From Colwellia polaris (lineage in GTDB: Archaea > Nanohalarchaeota > Nanosalinia > Nanosalinales > Nanosalinaceae): DNA of 22,621 bases. The position numbers were made by a program, and so were the translations under genes. Under the pieces are notes generated by a model, which saw only the letters and a list, made by a program, of their open reading frames with translations, was not told where the DNA came from and did not search any database. Shown piece after piece: positions 1 to 8,007 of this stretch; position 1 is the first letter of the stretch; every line of letters begins with the position of its first letter. The DNA lies in the NCBI GenBank assembly GCA_047617785.1, contig JBLGBK010000011.1:1-22621 (forward strand). The letters are read 5' to 3'.

Positions 1-421
1 CTTCTAAGTCTGTAGAAGTTTCCCCAACCTTGGATTCCAGCTCGACCTGTGAGCTATCCAGTTCCTTGAAGTTGGAGTTGATGTATTCTTTTGCAGCGTT
101 CAGCGCTATACGATCTACAGGTATTTCCTCGCCGTTGAATTCTTTCGTTGCACGTCCAGCCAATAGAATAAAGATCGGCTCTATAACCTCCCCCGAGCCG
201 AAGCCAGGGTTGGACTCTCCAGCTACTAGCTGCGCCTCATCGGTGTTGTGATGTAGAATATGTCCGAATCTATCCCGGTACTCTCTAGAGAGTTCTCTGG
301 AGATTTTTTCAGCTATACCGTCTGATATGCTGTCAGGGTGTCCAAGTCCTTTTCGTTCCACAAGTTCAGTTCTTCTATTATTAATAGGATCATCTTCTAC
401 TTCGTGCCGGGAAATCTTCAT
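1..421 (-). CDS. mat: Archaeal-type S-adenosylmethionine synthetase (methionine adenosyltransferase), N-terminal part; runs off the window
   Basis: Not in the ORF track. Manual translation from ATG 421: MKISRHEVEDDPINNRRTELVERKGLGHPDSISDGIAE...GHILHHNTDEAQLVAGES...EPIFILLAGRAT. The ERKGxGHPD and HHNTD motifs are typical of archaeal MAT. Confidence 0.95.
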   Translation of the reverse strand, partial: MKISRHEVEDDPINNRRTELVERKGLGHPDSISDGIAEKISRELSREYRDRFGHILHHNTDEAQLVAGESNPGFGSGEVIEPIFILLAGRATKEFNGEEIPVDRIALNAAKEYINSNFKELDSSQVELESKVGETSTDLE

Positions 422-441
422 ACTCAAAAATGAGGTGGTGA

Positions 442-591
442 ATGGTAAAAAACCATTCAGTTGTGGTAGTGAACTCTCCGGGATCCTATGGATTTATTGA
501 AGATCAAGTTATATTGGCATCAACAGGCGCAGGAGTGGTTCTATCAGGATACTTTATAGCACATCTCCAGTTCTCAGAACACGTGGTTTAG
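442..591 (+). CDS. Possible 49-aa small membrane protein or gene remnant
   Basis: Manual ORF MVKNHSVVVVNSPGSYGFIEDQVILASTGAGVVLSGYFIAHLQFSEHVV with GAGGTG at 432-437 and one hydrophobic stretch. Only 20 bp from the divergent mat start, so there is little room for a promoter. Confidence 0.3.
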   Translation: MVKNHSVVVVNSPGSYGFIEDQVILASTGAGVVLSGYFIAHLQFSEHVV

Positions 592-629
592 TTCCATAAT
601 AATGTAAAATTATCAGACGATTCAAGGTT

Positions 630-1394
630 ATGGACTATCAGGCTGTACAGGATAAAATTATTGATTTCTTGAACCAAAAGCTACATAATACGGATGCTGA
701 AGGATTTGTAGTAGGTATAAGCGGCGGAATCGATTCAGCAGTTACAGCTACTCTTGCGGTCAACGCTGCAGGGAAAGAAAACGTAACAGGATGGATAACA
801 CCTGCCAGCACAAGCAACAAAGAGAACATCGATGATGCAGTAGAATTGGCAGAAGATCTAGGTATAGAGTATCGTAAAACAAGTATAGATCCTGTTGTAG
901 AATCAGTTGTAGAACAGTCTCCTATTTCTGTGGAGGAAGTTTCGGAAGGGAATATCCGGGCTCGAGTACGGATGATCTACGAATACTTGGAAGCTAACGA
1001 AAACGATAATATTGTTTTAGGCACTGGCAACCGGACAGAACTGCTTCTAGGCTACTTCACAAAACACGGCGACGGAGCAGCTGATCTAATGCCTATAGCA
1101 GATCTATACAAAACACAGGTAAAAGAACTAGCAGCACATCTAGATATTGATCAGAAATTCATCGAAAAAGCACCAACTGCTGGTCTCTGGGAAGGACAGA
1201 CTGATGAAGACGAACTCGGCGCCACCTACGAAGACATGGACAAGATTCTACATCATCTCGTAGATAAACAGCAATCAATCGCAGAGACTGCTGAAAATTT
1301 ATCAATAGATACGGAAGAAGTAGAAAGATTCAACAACATGTATCAGAAAACTGCGCATAAGAGAAAAATGCCGGAATTGACGGATCTCCGGTAA
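630..1394 (+). CDS. nadE: NH3-dependent NAD+ synthetase
   Basis: SGGIDS PP-loop, GNIRARVRM, GTGNRTE, GYFTKHGDG, PTAGLWEGQTDEDELG; no glutaminase domain. Confidence 0.96.
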   Translation: MDYQAVQDKIIDFLNQKLHNTDAEGFVVGISGGIDSAVTATLAVNAAGKENVTGWITPASTSNKENIDDAVELAEDLGIEYRKTSIDPVVESVVEQSPISVEEVSEGNIRARVRMIYEYLEANENDNIVLGTGNRTELLLGYFTKHGDGAADLMPIADLYKTQVKELAAHLDIDQKFIEKAPTAGLWEGQTDEDELGATYEDMDKILHHLVDKQQSIAETAENLSIDTEEVERFNNMYQKTAHKRKMPELTDLR

Positions 1395-1462
1395 GTTACC
1401 TTCTTTCTCACTAGTATAGGATTCATGTTCTAATATAAATCTGGTTTCCTACTGCTTTTGGT

Positions 1463-2350
1463 ATGGACGCCTGGATTTTATTCGCGACTGCTGCAGCTGT
1501 TGGCTGGGCATTCGTTGTTCTACTAGACAAGTTTGTAATAGACTCTGAAATCGACGATCCAATGGGTACTGGAGGACTTCACGCATTCTTCAACTGTCTG
1601 GCAGTAACTGTTATAGCTTACGCATTAGGCGGATTCAACCTATCTCTAAGTACAGCTTTCGCAGGGCTTCTAATCGGAGGTCTTTACGTAGTAGCGAATT
1701 ATTTCTGGTTCTCCGGAGTTGGAAGCGAAGAAGTATCCCGTTTCGCGCCAGTACTATCCTTCGACATCGTATTCATATCAATACTATCGTTCATCTTCCT
1801 CGGCGAAGTTTTAACACCACTTGCGTACGGAGGAGTAGCACTTACGGTATTAGGGTGTATACTGATTTCACTTGAAGATCCTATGCATAGCTTGAGGAAA
1901 ATGAAATCTAGCTGGGGGTTAATCGCAGCACTAGCCTCAGCATTCGCTTACTCTATACGTGAAGTCATATTCAAACATGTTTCAACAGGTATCGAAGTCT
2001 GGCCACTACTTTTTTACTTCGGATTAACAGGAATGATATTCTCCATACCTCTAATCTACAGAGCAGAAGATGCGATAATAGAGAATACTGAAGGAATTGA
2101 ACACATGGTTCTTTCAGGGCTAATATCCGGGGTAGCTCAAGCGACCTTCTTCCTTGCAGTATCAATAGGTTCAGTAGTATTGGTTTCAACAATTACAAAG
2201 ACACGGTTCCTGCTGATATTCTTTGGGGCAACGGCCATCAGTCGCTTACACCCTGAAATCATCCATGAAAAACTTGATCGTAGAATACTGATTCAGAAAC
2301 TTGTTGCAACACTGATGATAGTTGTAGGGGTCGTGCTTGCATCCCTATGA
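1463..2350 (+). CDS. EamA/DMT-superfamily transporter
   Basis: 295 aa, about 10 hydrophobic segments in two repeats; ILSFIFLGE and HEKL...KLVATLMIVVG match the ends of EamA repeats. Confidence 0.85.
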   Translation: MDAWILFATAAAVGWAFVVLLDKFVIDSEIDDPMGTGGLHAFFNCLAVTVIAYALGGFNLSLSTAFAGLLIGGLYVVANYFWFSGVGSEEVSRFAPVLSFDIVFISILSFIFLGEVLTPLAYGGVALTVLGCILISLEDPMHSLRKMKSSWGLIAALASAFAYSIREVIFKHVSTGIEVWPLLFYFGLTGMIFSIPLIYRAEDAIIENTEGIEHMVLSGLISGVAQATFFLAVSIGSVVLVSTITKTRFLLIFFGATAISRLHPEIIHEKLDRRILIQKLVATLMIVVGVVLASL

Positions 2351-2417
2351 GCTACAGGGTCCGCGCCAATAAGTGAAGCAGCAATCTATTAAGATTAGAG
2401 TTATAGTTTACAAAGGT

Positions 2418-3077
2418 ATGAACGATGGCTTTGATGGCGTAAGCATCCCCGGTCAGCGAAGAGAAAAAGATATTGTTGAGGAAAATGAGGACCGTCTTTT
2501 GACGGAAGCTGAAAGACGAGGAATTGAACCAATAGACGATAAAAGCCGCGGATTTGAAATTCTTGAAGACTCTTTCTCTCCTGATTCCGTACAAGATTTA
2601 AATGACTATATCGAGGATTTACAGGGATTCAGAAGAGCTAGAGTTGTTTTGCGTGCTGGAGGAGATGAACACAGAAGACCGCAACAGATTCATGAAGAAG
2701 TCTCAATAAACCTTGATTTTGATAACCAAGACTTTCTGGATATTTACACTCGGGCAAATGAAGATCTAGAGATCAACGCTGCGGCCTTCAGTCTTGTTGG
2801 TTACTCAGATACCGCTTTTGAAGCATATCAGGACTCGCTACCCATGATTGCTTTCAAAGTTGGCGGCGAAGTTTCTGGAGGATTTACGGCTAGCTATAGA
2901 GGAAATAACACGGTGATAGAGAGCATGCATGCAGATAGTGAAGATGAAATTAGAACTATATACGAAACGCTGGTGGAGACAGGGGCAGAGTATGCTGGAG
3001 TAGTTATGGAGGGAGATAAACAGGATGCATGGGTTATATCCGACTATGGTAACAGAGATCTGCGAGAAATGATTTAG
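2418..3077 (+). CDS. Hypothetical acidic protein
   Basis: Long acidic ORF. ATG 2418 (MNDGFDG) is preferred over the track's GTG 2373 because the extension is not acidic. No family recognised. Confidence 0.7.
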   Translation: MNDGFDGVSIPGQRREKDIVEENEDRLLTEAERRGIEPIDDKSRGFEILEDSFSPDSVQDLNDYIEDLQGFRRARVVLRAGGDEHRRPQQIHEEVSINLDFDNQDFLDIYTRANEDLEINAAAFSLVGYSDTAFEAYQDSLPMIAFKVGGEVSGGFTASYRGNNTVIESMHADSEDEIRTIYETLVETGAEYAGVVMEGDKQDAWVISDYGNRDLREMI

Positions 3078-3084
3078 ATGTTAA

Positions 3085-3537
3085 TTATGGTTTTCTAAGA
3101 TCTTCATCGGCAAACTTAGCTTCAGGGAAATAAACATTTTCCCCACTGATTTCCTGTTTTTCCATGTAACCGGCCTTCACAAGGTTCTCAAGCATGTGCT
3201 CCATCTGAGATTCGTTTGCTGCTTCTTCAAGTTGTTTATCTAACCACCTGAAACTCTTGGGGCTGGCGCCGAACCAGGAACCAACGTGCTGGTAAAGTTC
3301 AAGTAAATTTTCTTCTATGGAACTATCCTGTTCAGGATGATATGCAATTTTCTCATGATAGAGATTTCTTTCATCTGAGTTCAGGTCTACTGTCTCTTCT
3401 GGCTCAGGATAGTTTACGTGACTGAGTTTAGAGGTATAGATTCTTTCAGGTCCGACATTGACGTAGAAATCACTGTCAAAAGTTCTTACAGGTCTGCTAT
3501 CAAAGATATCTTCTGTTTCTCCTACACGAAATCTCAT
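3085..3537 (-). CDS. Hypothetical protein, possible C-terminal winged-helix domain
   Basis: Acidic 150 aa; LENLVKAGYMEKQEISGENVYF resembles a wHTH recognition helix plus wing; starts 3 bp downstream of the Zn-finger gene. Confidence 0.65.
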   Translation of the reverse strand: MRFRVGETEDIFDSRPVRTFDSDFYVNVGPERIYTSKLSHVNYPEPEETVDLNSDERNLYHEKIAYHPEQDSSIEENLLELYQHVGSWFGASPKSFRWLDKQLEEAANESQMEHMLENLVKAGYMEKQEISGENVYFPEAKFADEDLRKP

Positions 3538-3540
3538 ACT

Positions 3541-3798
3541 TTATTCGTCGTCCTTGTATTCATCATCTATTACGGATTCAATCTGATAAGTCTTCTGACA
3601 CTGCGGATATCCCTCACATCCCCAGAAAAATCCGTAACGCCCTTCCTTGATCTTCATAGGCATACCGCATTCTGGACACGCAACATCCTTAGGATCGTTT
3701 TTTCTGTGATTGCTGCAAACCGGTTGACCTTCCTTATTCTTAGTAGTTGCGCTTTCTCCGCAGAAAACGCATTTTGTCATCTTAGTTTCCTGAGGCAT
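3541..3798 (-). CDS. Small zinc-ribbon protein (topoisomerase I C4-type zinc finger plus an N-terminal CxxC...CxxH finger)
   Basis: CPECGMPMKIKEGRYGFFWGCEGYPQC matches the topoisomerase C4 Zn-ribbon pattern; upstream CVFC...CSNH. Start uncertain (3804, 3798 or 3780). Confidence 0.8.
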   Translation of the reverse strand: MPQETKMTKCVFCGESATTKNKEGQPVCSNHRKNDPKDVACPECGMPMKIKEGRYGFFWGCEGYPQCQKTYQIESVIDDEYKDDE

Positions 3799-3879
3799 GT
3801 ACAAGGAAATACACAGAGAATTTTTTATACTGAATCCGATAGGAAAGATTTAACCCGAACTATCGAGTATTACACTGTT

Positions 3880-4497
3880 ATGAATATCCTGATCTTCGGC
3901 GACAGCATAGCACGCGGACTATGGGATGAAAACGGGGGCTGGCCGGAAAAAGTCAAGAAATCCGTCCACTCAGGTACAGTCGAAGAAGAATACTATCGCG
4001 AAGTTTACAATCTTGGAGTATCAGGTGATACTAGTTTTGACCTCTTGAACCGGTTTGAAGAGGAACTGAAAAGACGGGTTTCCGAAGATCCTGCTAAAGT
4101 TATATTCCAGGTAGGACTCAACGATACGCAGATAGAGAACAGATCCGGAAAACACGTTACGCCTAAGGAAACCTTTAGAGGCAACCTCAGAGAGCTTGTG
4201 GCGCGATCAGATAGACTTGCTGAACAAGCTTATTTTCTTGGACTTACACCTGTAGACGAAAGCAAAGTTGATCCAATACCTTGGAGGGAAACACACTCAT
4301 ACAGAAACCAGAGTATTCAGAAATACGATAATGTCGTTAGATCTGTCGTACAGAGGTCTTCGGCTCGTTATATACCTTTGTTTGGCCGGTTGAAAGATCA
4401 TAACTGGAGTGATCAATTGTGGGAGGGGGTTCATCCAAACACTGACGGTCATGAAAGAATATTTGAGATAGTGAAAGATGAAATAGAGTTCGTATAA
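3880..4497 (+). CDS. SGNH/GDSL hydrolase
   Basis: Start reassigned to ATG 3880 (MNILIFGDS). Block I GDS, block II NLGVSG, block III GLND, block V EGVHP. Confidence 0.92.
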   Translation: MNILIFGDSIARGLWDENGGWPEKVKKSVHSGTVEEEYYREVYNLGVSGDTSFDLLNRFEEELKRRVSEDPAKVIFQVGLNDTQIENRSGKHVTPKETFRGNLRELVARSDRLAEQAYFLGLTPVDESKVDPIPWRETHSYRNQSIQKYDNVVRSVVQRSSARYIPLFGRLKDHNWSDQLWEGVHPNTDGHERIFEIVKDEIEFV

Positions 4498-4498
4498 C

Positions 4499-5422
4499 TT
4501 ACTTCTCGGACTTCTTCTGCTTGACGTACTCTGAGGCGTTAAGTGCGGCATCACATCCCTGTCCTGCGGACACTACTAGCTGCTGAGCACCCATGTCATT
4601 GACGTCTCCTGCGGCGTACAGCCCATCGACACCCGTTTCCATCTCTCGACCTACCTTTATCTTCCCGGATTCATTAGTTTCCACTAAATCCGTGATATCA
4701 GAGTTAGGTACCGTTCCGATCTCGATGAACGCACCGGGAACATCAAGCTCTTTCACTTCGTCCTTATGGACGTACTTGACTTCTTCCAGAAGTTGGTCTC
4801 CTTCGAAGCTGGACACCTCTGCCTGCCTCAGTACTTCGACGTCTTCATCGTTCTCCACTTTGTTGATGGTTATTTCTTCTCCAGTCAGGTTTCCGGATCT
4901 TGAGAGCAGGTATACTTTTTCTGCTACGTCTGAGAGATAGTCTGCTGCTTCTGTTCCTGCGTATCCTCCGCCGACTACTGCTACTTCTTCACCCTGGTAG
5001 AGCGGCCCATCACATACTGCACAGTAGGCTACTCCTTTGTTTCTATATTCTTCTTCTCCTTCAACGTTGAGGCGTCTTCTTGATCCGCCTGTTGCTATTA
5101 TAACGCCGTAGCTCTGGAATTTTTCTCCTGATTCGGTTTCAACTGTGAAGATATCGTCTTTTTTACGTATATCTACAACTTTCTCGCCTGTATGTTCGTC
5201 GACGTTGTAGTCTCTCATGTGTTCTGTAAATTTTTCGGCTAGATCCGGGCCTGAAATTGATTTGGTTCCGAGCCAGTTCTCGACTACATCAGTATTGTTT
5301 ATCTGTCCGCCGTATTCATCTGCTATTACAAGTACATCCATACCTGCTCTCTTGGCGTATATTGCTGCTGACTGTGCTGCTGAAGCACCTCCGATTATGA
5401 TTATGTCACGTACGTCGCTCAT
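4499..5422 (-). CDS. trxB: Thioredoxin reductase (low-Mr flavoprotein)
   Basis: GGQI, IIATG, GVAYCAVCDG redox CxxC, VAVVGGG, GLYAAGD. Confidence 0.9.
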   Translation of the reverse strand: MSDVRDIIIIGGASAAQSAAIYAKRAGMDVLVIADEYGGQINNTDVVENWLGTKSISGPDLAEKFTEHMRDYNVDEHTGEKVVDIRKKDDIFTVETESGEKFQSYGVIIATGGSRRRLNVEGEEEYRNKGVAYCAVCDGPLYQGEEVAVVGGGYAGTEAADYLSDVAEKVYLLSRSGNLTGEEITINKVENDEDVEVLRQAEVSSFEGDQLLEEVKYVHKDEVKELDVPGAFIEIGTVPNSDITDLVETNESGKIKVGREMETGVDGLYAAGDVNDMGAQQLVVSAGQGCDAALNASEYVKQKKSEK

Positions 5423-5539
5423 ATACAGTTATTCTTTGAGGCCTAAGATTAAAACTACCTACATTACTTTGTGGAAACCCTGGAGTAGAAAGCATGCATC
5501 CTAGTACATACTTAACTTTGTTTGAGTAACAACGTTCTC

Positions 5540-6769
5540 ATGGTTGATGAGGAGGCAACTACACCACGTTCTGCCACTTCTACAGATGTTCTTAACTCAA
5601 ATCTGTCGCCCGACTACCCAGACTGGTCTGTTGAAGATAAACTAGCTTCAAACATGCTAATTCAGGACATGATGGAATACTATCCTGACTACAATCTTCC
5701 TGCAGGTATTGATATCAGAGAGAACAATAAAGGCGCTTTTTTCCACGATAGAAACAATGATGAGACACCTCCAGGTCAGCCTCTTATTGAAGTTAATCCT
5801 GAACGCAAGATTTCTTCTATGGCGCATGAATTAGGTCATGATGCACTTTTACAGTCGGTTTCGCGCGTAGAAGGTCCTCGAGTAGTGTACAGTGCCTTCA
5901 AAGAACTTTTCGCAGACCTAAACAGTTTGTACTTCTCTGATATAGAACCTGAAGATAGAGAACTCAACAGGGACCCGGATAAAGACCTTTCGGTATACGA
6001 AGGCGTTTCCGACTTACTTAATCCAAAGCACTGGGAGAAAGGCATTATGCGGATAGATAATATTGTAGATGACCTTGAAAGGGAGAATTGGGATTCTTTA
6101 CAGACTGATGCTAGAGTTCTAGCAGGTTCAGAACCAAAAGCGGCGCCAGTACTTGATGTAAGAGATATCTCATATGAGCGGGCTAGGGCTGAAAACTACA
6201 TTGAGAAACTTGCGGACAGTCCTGAGGTCAGTCATATGTTCTACGATAACTTCTTCGGCACAAGGGATTACTCGCCAGTCAGTGATGTGGCTGAGACAAC
6301 GCATGATATCTGGAGTATGGCTCAAGTAGCTGGAAACACAGAGATCAGAGATGCGGAACAGCCTGTTAGAGCAGCTTACGATGATAACTCGCGTATTTGG
6401 GGGAAGCTTGCTGGAGCCGCAACAGTAATAGAGGACTTCTCACTAGATGAGATAGAGGATAGGCCGGAAGAAGTTCTCGTACAATCAATCGAAACGGATC
6501 TCTGGGACGCACGCGAAGATATGGAGGACGTGAAAAATAATCTTGAAACTATCGGCTCTCCTGAATACTTTGTAATGAACAGTATCTCCGATCAGAAATA
6601 CGGCAAAAAATACGATGTAAGCATCGACTACCCTCACAATGTCGGCGGTCAACTGGCAGAACAACTGTACCTTAGGGGCATAGAACCAATGGACGTAGTC
6701 GAAGAACCGGAAAAATACGTGCAGCTCGTGACGCAGGAGATCAACAGACACATAGAAAACAATATCTGA
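5540..6769 (+). CDS. Hypothetical acidic protein with HExxH zinc-metallopeptidase motif
   Basis: MAHELGH followed by FKELFAD (gluzincin-like third ligand). ATG 5540 preferred over TTG 5522; no signal peptide evident. Confidence 0.7.
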   Translation: MVDEEATTPRSATSTDVLNSNLSPDYPDWSVEDKLASNMLIQDMMEYYPDYNLPAGIDIRENNKGAFFHDRNNDETPPGQPLIEVNPERKISSMAHELGHDALLQSVSRVEGPRVVYSAFKELFADLNSLYFSDIEPEDRELNRDPDKDLSVYEGVSDLLNPKHWEKGIMRIDNIVDDLERENWDSLQTDARVLAGSEPKAAPVLDVRDISYERARAENYIEKLADSPEVSHMFYDNFFGTRDYSPVSDVAETTHDIWSMAQVAGNTEIRDAEQPVRAAYDDNSRIWGKLAGAATVIEDFSLDEIEDRPEEVLVQSIETDLWDAREDMEDVKNNLETIGSPEYFVMNSISDQKYGKKYDVSIDYPHNVGGQLAEQLYLRGIEPMDVVEEPEKYVQLVTQEINRHIENNI

Positions 6770-6786
6770 GAGAGGGCACCAATTGG

Positions 6787-6793
6787 TTTTTAA
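6787..6793 (+). promoter_or_regulatory. Candidate TATA box for tRNA-Gly
   Basis: TTTTTAA about 40 bp upstream of the mature tRNA 5' end, implying a short leader. Confidence 0.4.
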
Positions 6794-6829
6794 CTATTTA
6801 CCGACCCACACATTACATACGGCAATCAA

Positions 6830-6939
6830 GCGGCGTTGGTCCAGTGGCCTACGACCCCACCTTGCCAAACAGTCTTATCGTTTATAGCGGTGGATTGTGT
6901 TATTTGGTGGAGACTCGGGTTCAAATCCCGAACGCCGCA
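6830..6939 (+). tRNA. tRNA-Gly(GCC) with a 37-nt intron (6868-6904) at canonical position 37/38
   Basis: Acceptor GCGGCGT/ACGCCGC plus discriminator A; D arm GTC..GAC; anticodon stem CCACC/GGTGG, loop TTGCCA|T after intron removal (anticodon 6864-6866); T arm TCGGG-TTCAAAT-CCCGA; CCA not encoded. Confidence 0.93.
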
Positions 6940-7313
6940 ACCTTACTATTGATATAATGCGGGATAGGGAGCTAGGTTTTGTAACCCCTCTGTTCGCCAT
7001 AAATTCTTAAATTTCTGCTTAAATTCTCAACGAGGCTGCCGGTAATAGACTGTTTTTTATGACTGCTACCGAAGCGGCTATTGATAATTATCTTCTATGG
7101 GATGCTTTGTAAAGAACAAGAACTTCAGAGCAGAGTTGTTGAGGGTTCTGCTGATGGTGGGAAGGAATGGGATATAGCGGATACTTGGGGGGATGATTAA
7201 TGACGGAAACCATCGAACAGTCGCCAAGGTCTTGGCTGATAACTCAGAATAAATAGATTGCTGTGTAGGCTATCGACAAAATCGACAATAGCTAATCTTA
7301 TTTCATATTTCTT

Positions 7314-7871
7314 CTATTTCAGTTTCTCGTTCAGCAGTTGGAAAGTTTCTGTTGCGTCTTCCTCGTTTATTACCAGATGTGTGTCTTCTCGGCAGGATAT
7401 TACTTCTGTAAGATTAATTTCTCTTCCTGCGAGTATTGACAGTATGTAGGCTAATACTCCCGGTGTGTCTTCCAGACTGTTGGGGCTTTTTAGGGTGACA
7501 ACTATCTGGTCTTCGATCACTTCTCCGCTGCATTCTTCTCCGTTGTCAAGGATAAGTGTGTAGCCGTTTTCTGTCTTTGCGTAGATTTCGGCGTCCGAGA
7601 GTTCGTCTGTCTTGCAGACTTTGATGTTGTTTTTGAGTTCAACTGCTGTCTCTCCCAGAACTTGTGTAATATCTTCTTGCCTCTGCTTTCTCTGTCCCTG
7701 CATTTCTTCCTGGTATCGGCGTAACGCCATCTTTATTGCTTCAAACCCTCCTTCGATCTCTGGTTCTATTTTTCGAGCCAGTGCTGAGTAGTTGACGATC
7801 TCTTCGGCCAGTGCTTCCTGTATGTAGGGGCGTTTTTCTACGTAGTTTTCGACTTCTTCTCGGACAGACAT
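7314..7871 (-). CDS. Archaeal ACT-domain protein with N-terminal helical/HTH-like region; putative amino-acid-responsive regulator
   Basis: N-term IVNYSALARKI...AIKMALRRY; C-term TPGVLAYILSILAGREINLTEVISCREDTHLVI is an ACT-type repeat; divergent from argG. Confidence 0.8.
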   Translation of the reverse strand: MSVREEVENYVEKRPYIQEALAEEIVNYSALARKIEPEIEGGFEAIKMALRRYQEEMQGQRKQRQEDITQVLGETAVELKNNIKVCKTDELSDAEIYAKTENGYTLILDNGEECSGEVIEDQIVVTLKSPNSLEDTPGVLAYILSILAGREINLTEVISCREDTHLVINEEDATETFQLLNEKLK

Positions 7872-7881
7872 AGTAATTACT

Positions 7882-7947
7882 TATTTAGAACAAGTTTTAA
7901 CTTTTTTGTTAAGAATATAACTGAATCTTTATATAGTGTTCAGAACA
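7882..7947. promoter_or_regulatory. Divergent promoter region: TATA box TTTATATA (7928-7935) and three palindromic TGTTCAGAACA-like boxes
   Basis: TATTTAGAACA 7882-7892, TGTTAAGAATA 7907-7917, perfect TGTTC-A-GAACA 7937-7947 directly downstream of the TATA box. Confidence 0.55.
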
Positions 7948-8007
7948 AAAAGTAGTAACACAAGGTGAGACAACTAATGGAACAGAATATAATTTCCGCT
8001 CAGAAGG

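Noticed and set aside
30-251. 73-aa + strand ORF
   Set aside because: Ser-rich antisense shadow of mat.
3418-3879. 154-aa N-terminal extension of the SGNH ORF in the track
   Set aside because: It is the antisense shadow of the two minus-strand genes, is not acidic, and the family domain starts at ATG 3880.
7000-7027. Short TAAATT(T)CT triple repeat as a CRISPR or iteron array
   Set aside because: Units are only 8-9 bp, AT-rich, with no spacers and no cas genes.
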